Shown piece by piece: positions 1-25,649 of a stretch of 64,000 bases of DNA. The notes under the pieces were generated by a model that was given only the letters and a program-made list of their open reading frames with translations, was not told the origin of the DNA and did no database searches. The position numbers and the translations under genes are program-made. This stretch comes from Nitrospirales bacterium (GTDB lineage: Bacteria; Nitrospirota; Nitrospiria; Nitrospirales; UBA8639), in contig CBDBCZ010000017.1 of the NCBI GenBank assembly GCA_965203295.1, positions 480,001 to 544,000 of the forward strand, in the 5' to 3' direction. Each line of letters begins with the position of its first letter. Within the stretch, counting starts at the first letter, position 1.

Positions 1-589
1 GCCATATTAAGTCTCTACTATTATAACGAGGGTGACTCTGTAGTGAGGCCATCCCCACCTCTAAGAAACACTACGACTTATTATCTTTAGTTTCAATAAT
101 ATTGATTAAAACACTATAATAATCACGAGCACTGTTTTCACTTGTCTAGCTGCTAACCTCTCTGTTAGACTATAATAATATTATGTTTTCACATGCTGTA
201 GTATTGCATGAGCGGGCCTACACTATAGCTTCATATAATACCCTTGCAGCTCCCAACATAATACACTCACAAAAAGAAAATGGACAAAGCTCCTTATAAT
301 TTGCTGTGACCTAACCCTAACCCTAACCCTAACACCTAGCCCTTTTATCGGTGATTTTCAATAGCACAATTATAAACTTCTTTGAAGCAATACATGGTTT
401 CGTGGGAGACAGGATTATTGTTATGTTTGGTGTGCCAGCATTTGGTGATATCATACATGTACTTGAAAAAAAAAAACAGCAGCTGACTGAATATGATCAC
501 ATAATTGCTCAAAATAAAGTTTCTTTTTCGTGATTACAGCACAAAATAAGCAGTCAAGTAGTAGTAATAATTATGTGTTAGGCTGGTGG

Positions 590-10693
<10,104 letters not shown>

Positions 10694-10862
10694 CTCCAGA
10701 TCCGATTGACGCACACGTACACAATATTACGTAAAATTACGTAAACAGTGACGTAAGTAGTTAAACCCAGGACGGAACGAAGGGCTTAGCATGGGACCAT
10801 GTGAGAATGGGATATGGGAAGCGGACCCAGAGCGTGCGCAGTACCAAAGGCCTAATATTGAT

Positions 10863-11300
10863 TCCAGCCTTTGTAGATGTCCACGTCATCTCCCCGCTAC
10901 AGCAGTTGACCTTTGCTGAGGCATCCTCCATCCCAGGCCATGCACTACTGGTGGGGACTCGACGAAAGCTAGCCTCTAACCTGTCGGCCTGCCGGGCTAT
11001 GGGAGCCGAGTGCATCCCCTTAGTGGCAGAGACCTTGGGTGGTCTGTCAGAAGATGCCATCAGGGCCATTGGGCATGCCATTGGCATCCGCTCTTGTTCC
11101 CCCGACCCCTCCACCTCCACCAAGCACCTTTTCAGCAGGACCGCCATTGCCCTGTAGCTACACCGTCACCTGACTCTACCCCCTTCCCTTGACAGTGTAA
11201 TTTGACTGGTGTGTCCTAGCTGGGAACCTGTTTTTGCCTTGTGTCTGTGTATATTGTATAGTATTGTATTGTATTGTACTGTAGTGTATTGTATTACATA
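10863..11300 (+). mobile_element. 5'-truncated non-LTR retrotransposon 3' end (CRE-like, restriction-like endonuclease domain)
   Basis: Peptide AFVDVHVISPL...RRKL...CIPLVAETLGG...HLFSRTAIAL matches the RLE C-terminal pattern; it is followed by an (ATTGT)n-like tail at ~11250-11295. Confidence 0.65.
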
Positions 11301-11982
11301 TCGTTTCGCGGTTTTTTTCATTGATTTTTAATATTACGTATATAGAGTGTACGTGCCATCCCTACCTAGTCTACCGACTCTCTGACACGGCAGGAGATCA
11401 GTTAGCGAAGTAGAAGCCATGCAGATGAACTGTCTCCCTGAGAGCTTGGACGATTGAAATTAACCTTCCCAGGAAATTTGATAGTAGCCAAGAATATTAA
11501 AATTAATGATAAGTTATAGTTACGGATTGTACGTACCTCCGCCCATTATTGGGCGTGATATGTGCTATTGGTGGGTACACAAAGGGACGGGCACACCTCA
11601 CTTAAACCCAAACCGGGAAACATCTTCACTCTGCAAACATGCAAACCAGCTGGCAGACAGTTGAGGTCAGGTAGCTAGCCAACTGGCTCAGAGAGTAAGC
11701 TCCTGCTATCTGTGAGGTACCAACCAGTCTCTCCCACCAGACAAATAAAGATGCGACCAGCTAGGCAGAGGGTAAGCCGCTGCTGGTTCAGAACGGCACC
11801 GCGAAAATTATACATGTAGGCTTGCGCGAAGTTCTGATACTGTAGTCACTATCAGGCCTCGAGTATGAATGCTATCACCTGGCATACATACATTTGTGTA
11901 GTGAGTGAGTTAATTATTCATTATATTTATGGTGCACGTGCAGGCAGCTAGTCTACACAGCTCTATATAATAGCTATCGAGC

Positions 11983-12265
11983 TAGATCCTCCCTCGCTCC
12001 CGGGATCCCCGCCGCAAAACGAGGAAGGGTACGGGTCTAGCTTATTCATGACTATAGCTGACCAATCAGATTTAGTAGCTGATTTCAGCCATTACAGCAC
12101 ACAGCTCAGATGCACGTGCATGGTGCGCCCTGCACGTACCTAGTACCTGTACCTGACGACATCGACAATACATGTATAATTATGTATGGTCCTAACGCGC
12201 GTGCTAAGTTGCTACAACAGCTGTGAACAAGATCTGAGACACGTCGCGCTCACTCAGGCTGACAG
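11983..12265 (+). promoter_or_regulatory. Putative promoter (CCAAT box) and 5'UTR exon donor of sulfotransferase copy 1
   Basis: The block ctagat...cccgcc...gagg...gaccaatcag and the donor ctcaggctgacag|gtatgt are conserved upstream of all three copies (~18708-18980; 28140-28240 plus 35100-35232). Confidence 0.5.
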
Positions 12266-12424
12266 GTATGTATTCTACGTTGGATGTTTACTTCATTACC
12301 TTTTTGTATGTTACAGTATCGGTGCTTCATTTGGGCGAGTAATACTGTGCCGTATACAGACACTTCAACGTACATATAAATTACATGTATATATATATAT
12401 TATGCGCACTTGAAGCAAATGAAC

Positions 12425-13203
12425 TGTCACTGGAATTTTGGTCCTGGAAAAAATGGTCCTAGGACCAAAATTTCCGCTGGAAAAATTGGTCCCCCAGACT
12501 ATTTTTTCCGGCAAAATTGGTCCTACCCTGAAAATTTTGGTCCGCCCATCAAACTTCCAGCAGAGTTGGTCTTACCTTGAAAATTTGCTTATACATGACA
12601 TTGTATGTCGGTATGTATGTATGGCATAGTTAATATCAACCTTTAGTTTAACCATTAGGCAGTTTATTACAAAGGTATGAGACAGTGTCTCAGTCACAGG
12701 CACCGATATCCTACAAACTGATTCAGTATAGCTACACCGGGACTTTGTCTACTGACTGTAGAGTCGATTCTGTGGCAAATCTCAATCAGCTTGCATGCTG
12801 TATATGGAATCATTGACATCTTCCTTCTCTCGAAGCAGTTCCACAGATGGTGAAGCATTTTCTCTTGGTCGAAGTGGTACTGACCTGGGAGCTACAAAAT
12901 GTATAGATCTAGCTATACGCTCACGGCATGCTTACGACGAAGCTATTGACGGTAGGCGTAGGCTATGACAACAAACAAGCCAATACAATATACTCAATCA
13001 TGTAGCCATCCACCTTAGTGTAGTAGTTCACTCTATCAAGCGTTAAATACAGTAGCAGGCAGAATTCGCTTATGGCGCAGGTCGGATCATTATTTTCACG
13101 GGGGGACCAAAATTTTCAGGAAAAAATGGTCCGCCCGGACCGATATTCCGGAAATTTTGGTCCCCCGGACCAATTTTTCCGCCGGACCAAAATTTCCGTG
13201 ACA
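12425..13203. mobile_element. Non-autonomous Ginger-type TIR element
   Basis: gaac|TGTCACTGGAATTTTGGTCC...GGACCAAAATTTCCGTGACA|gaac. TGT..ACA ends, 4-bp TSD, ~120-bp TIRs with repeated GGTCC motifs. Absent from the paralogous site in sulfotransferase copy 2 (~19290). Confidence 0.8.
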
Positions 13204-13797
13204 GAACTTATACAATATGTACGTAGTTTTACGTGCGTGATTGCGCGGAACCTAATGTTTTAGAGGTTTGTATCCGGTAAATCGGTTATGACAACTTATA
13301 GCCATTAGTGACACAGCAAGCATGTGATGTAAAGTATTGCATGGATGAAACGTGTCTAGATTTAATAGGCGCTCTGTATGCATTATCACACATCTCTTCT
13401 CAGTAAGAAGAGATGCAGGTGTAATTAACGTTCACATTGAATAGTTGCAGGTGGTCATGCCTGGGAGCTATTATGCTACACAACAATAGCCATGTACTAG
13501 TCAACAGGTTTACATGTCTGTCATGTAGCAACCTCAATGCCTATACAATTTCACAGTTGTACAAGTGTAATGGAAGCTGTAGCTCAAAAGATAATGCTCC
13601 CCATAGATATACTGCCTTAGCACTAGCGCTAGCGCTATACCTCTGCATCTTAGCACTTCTTGCATGCAGTAATTACTATGATAGCTTAGCAGCTAGCTAT
13701 AACGAGAGTATATGCCAGTGTTATATGAACTTTTATAGATCTACAATTTAGCTATAAATATTACAGTAGCTGGCTAACAACTCTCATGCAGGTGCTG

Positions 13798-16700
13798 ATG
13801 AAACTACAAGGCTTAATGGCTGTCTTATCAGCTTTGCTGATATTAATTTTCCTTGGCTTCACCTGGATACCATCAAAGAAAAGACCAATTGCAACTCAGG
13901 GCAGATTTCATCCATCATACAAAGCAGGTATTATTATTGTGCTGTGATAACAATTTTTTAAAGTATAATAAAGGCAAAGCCCGTTTTATTAAACTCTACT
14001 GACTGTGTCCTTCACGATGGGGGAAGAAATTGTATAGTCTTTTGCTTATAGTATAGATTTTGCATTGTTAAATTTACACTCATGAACTCCTCTTGGTAAG
14101 GAAAATGTATGCGTGCATGATTCTGGGATATCTATAATAGCCGTGAAAGCTATAGCATCTGTATGAACACAGAATCTGGTAACCAATTTTACACATGTAC
14201 AGTGGAACCTCCCATAACATACCCTCCCACCAGCAGACAACCTCTCTATTAGGACAGCAGCTGTGGCACTGAGTGAAATTACTATAATACTAGTTTAAGA
14301 AACCTCCCACGAGCAGACGCTTCTTGATTCCGGACAGCGGACAGACTGCATGCTCCGGACTGCAAAAATCTGTTAAAAACTGCCTCTCAAATAGGAAGCC
14401 ACACCCATCGTTCGTGCATAAACAAAACCACACCCCATCCTTCATGCATAATACTTGATACGTATTAGCTAGTTGATCTAGATCTAGTCCCTTAGTTAGA
14501 CGTGCTGACCAGTCGTTTGGCTTCCAGCGAGGCTACTAAGAGTCTTGTTCCTTGAGCTTTTCTATGCAGGGCTTGGGCCAGTAGAGTGAGTACACACATA
14601 CGGTATCTTGAGTCCATATCCATATGCTGTCTGCAAGTGTAGAGATGTTGCCACAGTTCAAACCACTCTGGACAATTACTTTGGTCAATACTGACGTCGT
14701 GTCCCTCGTATTTGTTATACCACTCAATGTTAATGTTGTCCCTGGGGGGGGAGGGGGGGGGGGGGGCAGTGATTACAAGAATTATTACGTTCTCAACAGC
14801 ATAGTAATGTATTCCTGGTAGATACGGACATGCTTTATGCTTTAATACATGTTTGGTAGGCATTCGAGTGCTCGATGTGGCTAGAAATAGCAAATTGAGT
14901 CGAATCTCCCACCAGAGGACATGCAACGTCCGTATATATAAAGACAGAAGCCTTGCTCCCAAAGTGTCCGTTATTCGGAGGTTCCACTGTACATACGCTG
15001 CTTTTGTTTCTGAGCATAACGGTAAGGTTTGGATGTTTTTCTTTTCAACCATGCATGGCCAGGAAGTGTATTATACCACCTCCATCATAGCAGGTGCAAT
15101 GATATACATCACTGAATTATACATGCACTTGAATGGACCATAGATACTACTATCTATGATTGGACATGGTTCATAATTATAGTGTATTAATAATTTTGAT
15201 GATTTGATGTCATGCACTTGCATATAATGCATAAATGTAGCTTTATTGTTTTGTACACAAACGCACATGAATAAACACATCCTTCCTTAATTAGCTCTCC
15301 CATCAGAAAACACACAAAATTCGTCCAATGGAAGCACACTGATCGTGAGTCAGACACTGGTCAACAACTCTACCACTGCTCACAGCCTCAGAAATATATT
15401 CAATATTCCTTTCATGGGAAACTACAACTGTAGTGATGACATTTGTTCTCAGTTTCTGAAATCTGCTGGAAAATACAAATGTGAGGCCAAGCTTCAGATC
15501 CTTTTGAATATTGAAAAGCTTCAAAGGAACAATGGAAGCTGCCATTTCATGAATGGATCTCATCGAGCGCCAGTTGGATTGATCAGCTTACCTGGCAGTG
15601 GCAACACATGGGTGAGAGGCCTACTGGAGCAAGCAACTGGCATATGTACAGGTGAGGCAGGGATGTGGGAAGAGTAATTATTACAGACCTGACAACTATG
15701 AACTGCATGCATGCTTACACACTCAGTGTTAATTTAGAGGCTCCCCCCTCCAACCCTCTTCCCCAAACTCATACTTCCTGGTAGCAACGAGCCTTTTCCT
15801 GAACTTTTGAACTTACCCCTAGGCTTCCCAAACTTGAGAATATGTATTGTAATTGCTGCGCAAATATACTTGTAAGATGTCACGTGGTACTGGTAGTCTC
15901 GGCCCCAGACCCTCCCTGCACTCGCACTTCCTTCCGTTTTTTTTTATGAGTGCAGGGAGGGTTTGGGACCGAGACTAGTGGTACTGGAAACCATACCCAG
16001 GAAACATGTATAATATTCATGCACACAGCTCAGCATTAATTGTGAGAACATAAACATATGTCAAAGCATGTATTAGGCTCTTGTGTAGAGACAAAGCACT
16101 AAATCCATAACAATCATATGTTTCTTGAAGTAGCACAAATGCAGCATGTATTGGGGAAGTGGTTACTCTTCTGTGCTGCTGTATTCACGATCAAAATTGA
16201 TATGCATACCATAATCGACAATCTCCCGAGATTGTGCCTCTACATCACTCCGTGCAAAATCTGGATTACTAGTATAAACATAAAACTGTTCTACTGCCTC
16301 TGCAATAAATTTTTCCATGTGATCTAGAACAACCTCCAATGCTTCTTCTGTGCAGCCACATGGCACGGCAGTGTTCTCACCAGGATTGACGGTCTGAAGG
16401 GCACATTTTAGCGGATCAGCTGCATGTGCACGCAGCGCGGAAAAATGTTTACCCTATTTACCCTGTAAAATGTTACTGCTGTCAGCATTTCTACATTAAT
16501 TTATTTAGTCAGACCAGTCAGACAGTTCAAGTGGTGTTAAAACACCAGGAGTAGTTCAAGTGGCTGCAAAAACACCAAAGGGCATATTTTGGTTTTGCGG
16601 CAGCCCCAAAGGGCACTGTGCCCTTTGGTATAGGCCTAGTGAGAACACTGTGGCACGGGTCACTGCATGAGGTCACAGGGTTAGCAACTTGAGGTTGTCG

Positions 16701-18461
16701 ATAGTGTAGTTGAGTGTAAGGCGCGAAAAAACTTGTCTACTGTCTAAGCATGCCGTTTGTGTGACACTATAACTCATTTTGTGTGCTACATACTGATATT
16801 TGTAAGATCATGTACCCTATGCCACCATGGCATGTAATGGTGGCAATGGCTGTGAATGGGTTGACCTAACCCCTTCATCAGTTTCCTCCACTTATGACCC
16901 CTGGCCCCGGGACCTGTATAGAGAGTGCTAGGTCTCTACTATCTTATCATATTGATGTGGCAAAATTATGCTGTCTCATATTAGGCGCTGTATATTGTGA
17001 TGGGGGGCTGAAGAAGGGTGGGTTCACTGGAGAGGGATTTCATAGTGGAGTGGTGCTTGCTGTGAAGGACCATAACCCACGTATTGTGTGGAAGGATGAA
17101 CTACACCAAGGAGGGGTAAGTATATCAGAGTACATGCTGTGACTGTAACAATGGTATAAGTTAGAATTCTAAAATTAATTATCACATGCCTATACGTATA
17201 TATATCTTCAGGAAGAACAGCTTGCACGAGTGGTGTACATGTCCAAGAGAACATCATGTTTCCACTGCATGTGCAAAGTGTTTTAGCCCTGCACAATGGC
17301 ATGCATGATCAGGGTCTGAGGCCAACATATATTATTTCTCTGCCCACTGTCAGACCGGCCCACCATGGGGTGCTGTCATTCTCATAATTAGAAATCCTCT
17401 GGATGCAATGGTAGCAGAATGGAATAGAGAAAAGGGTCACGGTCATGTTGCCGCCGTTGGCACTAACTATTTTGGTAAGCCATCTACTTGTACATGTCCA
17501 CTTTGTAATTGTAATTGTAATTTCATACATTATTACGTAATTCTTCTTATGGCTTGTTAAATCGAGAACAAAATTATATTGTGCTAGAGCTCACAAGCTA
17601 GCGTCATATCAATCCTTCTGTTAATTTACATGCATAATGCAGATGCTTTTAATGGAATAGCAAATTAAGGCCACCCTCAACGTTCTGTTGAGATAAGCAT
17701 TCACTATATATAGCCAGTTTGCAATTGTGGAAACCAAAACTGAAGCCGTTCAGTGTTTTTTGATATAATCATTGCAAAAGTACTTCAGAATACCAAACTT
17801 GTAGAAAGCCTGCATTCCACATAGCCTGTATTACATAATTCCATTCGTGTTTTGATAATCATTGCAAAAGTAGAAAGCCTGCATTCTGCATACCCTGTAT
17901 TGCATAATTCCATTCATGCATAAAAGACAATACGTAGCTATACAATATATTACTCCTTAATGGAAACTTGCTATATCATGCATACCGTAACAATGTGAAT
18001 GTTTTTGTTCTTCATTTTTTGGTAAAGTGCTTTTTCTGTAACTTGTGGAAACTCACTATATCATACCGTAACAATACACGTTGTCCACTGCAGGAAGTGA
18101 TGAGGCCTGGGGAAAGTTTTTAAGAAAAAGTGTTAATAAATGGAAGCAATATTTTGTATCTTTGGTACGAAATGGGATTCAAGTGAACCGACCCTTTCTA
18201 ATCACAAGATATGAAGACATCAAATCCGACACACTTTCCGAAGTAAAGAAGATGATGAACTTTCTAAATGTTCCCGTTTCTGATCACCTTCTGAAAACTA
18301 GAATGTCAACAGGTTATGAGAAATTTCACCGGTCACACCCGCAAGAATTCAAGTATTACACTCCTGAGCAAAAACTGCAGGTGGTAGCAGTTGTGAAGGA
18401 AGTTATAGATATGCTACAGAAAGAGTACAACAACACTTTTGGAATCGCAGATTACATATAA
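13798..18461 (+). CDS. Type II membrane sulfotransferase (WSCD1/2-like catalytic domain), copy 1
   Basis: Exons 13798-13927 (signal-anchor), 15295-15651 (SLPGSGNTWVR, 5'-PSB motif), 16985-17115 (VKDH), 17354-17474 (IIRNPLDA, 3'-PB motif) and 18094-18461 (RYEDI). All introns are GT-AG and in phase. Confidence 0.88.
14200..14989. mobile_element. pogo/Tc1-type non-autonomous element
   Basis: ta|CAGTGGAACCTCC...GGAGGTTCCACTG|ta; absent from intron 1 of copies 2 and 3. Confidence 0.8.
15139..15158. mobile_element. 20-bp CATAGATA palindromic insertion with 7-bp TSD
   Basis: Same insertion at 22192-22211 flanked by attggac/attggac; copy 3 has a single attggac (37288-37294). Confidence 0.75.
15894..15977. 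mobile_element. Hairpin MITE, TAGTCTCG termini, 10-bp TSD
   Basis: gtggtactgg|TAGTCTCGG...CCGAGACTA|gtggtactgg. Confidence 0.85.
16369..16650. mobile_element. hAT-type MITE
   Basis: tggcacgg|CAGTGTTCTCAC...GTGAGAACACTG|tggcacgg (8-bp TSD); empty site in copy 2 at ~23322. Confidence 0.85.
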
Positions 18462-19082
18462 TATTTTACTCAGCCAGCTTATCACAACAGTGTCGCTCTT
18501 CACTGTAAATCTGAGTTGACATCAATATTATATTCTATAGCTACGCAATTACGACGCATACATACACAATTACATAAACAGTGATCTAGTACAGTGGCAG
18601 TAGCTGTCACGTGATCGGAGTACTGCATTGGCAATTGGCCGGCCGCGCACGCGCGCAAAGGTGCTATAGTAACATTTATGTCGCAGGCAGTCGGCTAGTC
18701 TATCAAGCTAGATCTTCCCTCGCCCCCCGCCTGAAACGAGGGAGGGTTTAGGTTATTAGTATTCATGACTAGCTGACCAATCAGATTTACCTCATTTCAG
18801 CTAGCTCGCAGCACGTGGTGCGTGCTGCGGATTAATTAAATACCTGCTAAATACTTGTGGTAGCTAGGATCTATGAATACTAATCTGCTAGACCTTTGCG
18901 TTGGGGCGGGTCTAGTTCGATAGAATATCAGTTGGCAGTGTCAGAGACGCGTCGACACTCGGGCTCACTCAGGCTGACAGGTCTGTATGTAATCTGCGCT
19001 AGATGTTTACTTCATTACCTTTTTGTATGATTGGTGCTTTATTTAGGCGAGTTATATTGTGTATACATATGGAAGCTGCATA

Positions 19083-19242
19083 CAGAGGTTTGCAAGTTGG
19101 TTTTTCACAGGAGAGGGCAAATAGGCAGTAGCTCTTGAGAAGTTATTACTTAGGTTAGGCTGTCAGAATCAAAGGCTAACAGTTTGCAGTTACTACAGTA
19201 TATATTTGCTATTGCACTGGACCACCAACCCGCAAACCTCTG
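19083..19242. mobile_element. Tc1/mariner-type MITE (family of 1069-1229)
   Basis: ta|CAGAGGTTTGC...GCAAACCTCTG|ta. Confidence 0.7.
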
Positions 19243-19334
19243 TACATATGGTGCAATATTTGCATGTATATACGTGCTTGAAGCGACTGAACGTATACAT
19301 GTACGTAGTTATCTATGAGTGATTGCATGGAACC

Positions 19335-20232
19335 CAGAGGAGGTTGGACACGGTCATGTGACATACGCGCGTACGCGATTCTCTATGGAGATTTCTGTAT
19401 AAAAAGCGCTAAAAAGTTTTCTCGTTAGTCTTTAAGCGTATTCCCAAGGAATAGACATCTTTCGAAAGCTCTCCCGAAGTAGATTCAGAATATCTCGCCA
19501 ACCCCGTTCAACCCCCGGGTCATTGCAGAGCTTAGTCTCGCGTGCCAGCCCCTCGCATGAAAGTAGGGTCTGGTGTGGTCACGATACGGCAGTTGTGACA
19601 GCGGAATGCAATTACTACGCAGCGCTTACACAGTGTGGTCAGATAATTAAGTGTTGTGAGATAATTAATTAAGTGCTGTAGGTAGAGCAACGAATACATC
19701 CTTCCCGCTAACGAAGGCAAGTATGGCTTGTTCTTGTTCGGGTTTCAGCTCGGAATAACCAAGCGAAGTCGCTGCTCGACCAACAATCTCTGGTATATCG
19801 CTAGTTGTCGCCATCACTGAAAAGTTAAGTGAGTGCGAAATAGTTTCTACGTGAGTTATGATGTCATACAGTAAACAACGAATCTGATTGGCTCCGCCCG
19901 GATCTTGGCGTTGTCACAACTGCCGTATCGTGACCACACCAGACCCTACTTTCATGCGAGGGGCTGGCACGCGAGACTATGCAGAGCTACGGTCGTTTGA
20001 ATATCTAGCTATCGGCAAGGCGAGACTACATACTGGATTCTATCTAGTAACGGAAAGATGCTGCCCGTATAGGTCCGTTCCAGCAATCTACAGGCTATTG
20101 CAGCTTTATAACGAGCTATGCTTACCTGCTCAGTGAGCTAATTGCATGCTAGAACGCAACGTGGAATGTAATAAAGTGCAGCAAAAGGCACGTGACCACG
20201 CACGTTTATGAATGCGTGTCCAACCTCCTCTG
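19335..20232. mobile_element. TIR element with 9-bp TSD carrying a nested TAGTCTCG element (19533-19979)
   Basis: catggaacc|CAGAGGAGGTTGGACACG...CGTGTCCAACCTCCTCTG|catggaacc. The inner element has ~68-bp perfect TIRs and TSD tgcagagct. Empty site in copy 1 at ~13245. Confidence 0.85.
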
Positions 20233-20430
20233 CATGGAACCTAATGTCTAATATAAGAGGTCTGTGACCGGTTATGACAACTTTGCCATTTATTTAGCGA
20301 CACAGCATGTATGCATATGTGCACGTAGCACTGCATGGGTGAAACGTGCCTAGCTTAGGCTCTCTGTATGCATCACTTCTGATTCACTTTGAATAGTTAC
20401 ATTGGTCATGCCTGAGTGCTCATGTTATAT

Positions 20431-21304
20431 CACTGCAAAAAATGTGCAGTAGCTGAGTAAGAGTATAATTATTATGTATTAGACCTCAGAAAGACTCCCA
20501 TGATATACATGTATCAAATTTTGTTGTAACAAAACACCAATTTGTGGTCTAACTCCTACCTATACATACCTAGACAATAACACATGAATATTGGTTCAGT
20601 TCCACCCCTTATCTGCATGGTGGGAGTGTGCAATAACAAAGGAATTCTGGGTATGCAATAACTAATGAACATGCATATAGCTGGCAATATTCGATCAGAC
20701 ACCATTAACCAAGCTTGGTTGCCTTAGTTGTAAATCATGGGTTGTACACCTCATATTCCCGCTTGACTATCTAAAGGCACAGCCATGGCAGGAGCATCCA
20801 GTAACACGTGAATATTGGTGGAGTTCTGCTTCTAATCTGCATGGCATGAGCATGCAATAACACAATGTCATGTTGCACACTCCAGCCATGCATGTAAGGG
20901 GCGGAACTGAACCAGTAATCATGCATGATGTGTCATTGATACCCAGAATTCACACGAATTTTGGTCGATTTCTGCTCCTTATCTTCATGGCATCACAGCT
21001 AAACAAAAATGGTTGCTTATCCCAGCTAGTCAGTCACAGCTTCAATACTAAACTATGCATGCTTGACCAATATAAGGTCTCTGATTTCAAACAAAAGACT
21101 AAACAATTAAGTGAAGTTGTGCAGGTATACGTAGCTACATATATCATTACAGGAATCTAGAAGCGCTATAATATTCCCTTAATATAATTATCCCTTATTA
21201 ATTGTAGGAGCCATAAAAGATTTGTGTTGGGCAAATATGTTCATTTTTTGGCAGTGAACTTGCAACTAAGATAATCCTAAAGCAACTCTTTCGTTTTTGC
21301 AGTG
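20431..21304. mobile_element. CACTG..CAGTG (EnSpm/CACTA-like) non-autonomous element
   Basis: CACTGCAAAAA...TTTTTGCAGTG ends; absent at the paralogous position in copy 1 (~13470); decayed version in copy 3 (~35820-36100). Confidence 0.65.
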
Positions 21305-21614
21305 TATATACGCTACACAACAATACCCATGTACTAGGTCAACAGGTTTACATGTCTGTTATGTAGCAACCTCAATGCCTATACATTTTCATCGTTGTAC
21401 ATGTACAAGAAGAATAATGGAAGCTCATAGCTTGAAAGAAGCAGATCGAGGACAATGATGTCTATACTGCCTTAGCGCTGTACCTGCATCCTAGCACTTC
21501 TTGAGTGTATAAGTATAATTACGATAATAGCTTAGCAAGTAGTGAATTATTAACTATAAATTTAGCTATTATAAGTATTACAGTAGCTTGCTAACAACTC
21601 TCATGCAGGTGCTG

Positions 21615-25131
<3,517 letters not shown>

Positions 25132-25649
25132 TATTTCACTCAGCCAGCTTATCACAACAGTGTCGCTCTTCACTGTAAATCTGAGTTGAAATTGATATTA
25201 TAATTATTCTACATGTATAGCTCCACAATTTAATACGACGCATACAACACACAATAATTGGGGCGAGCGTGAGCGAGCCCCACACTAGCGAGTTCAATGC
25301 AGCAATTTCTGTCTGTTTGTTTGTCTCGTACGTCATGCCGAATCTATGCAATAATTTCGATTTTTTGCGTAAATTATTTCGGAATAACCACGTGCGCTGT
25401 TCTGGACGCGATATTAAACCAAGTGTGTATCGACTCTGCCAGCATGGAGCACTGCCTGACAGGGAGAGGCTAGGCATCACGTTACATCGCTGAGAGACAA
25501 TCTGCTAAAATTATATATCTGTGAAAGGCTGAGTGAGAGATTCAGGACTAGACGCTGTACTCAGACTGTTGAGCAGATGGAGGCTATAAGCTGCAGCACG
25601 ACAGCGGCGCTAACTAGGCTGCAACGTGACAGGCATTTTCTGGTCCACC

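Noticed and set aside
310..335. (CCCTAA)4 as a chromosome end
   Set aside because: It is too short and internal; the longer tract at 62.5 kb is also flanked by element sequence.
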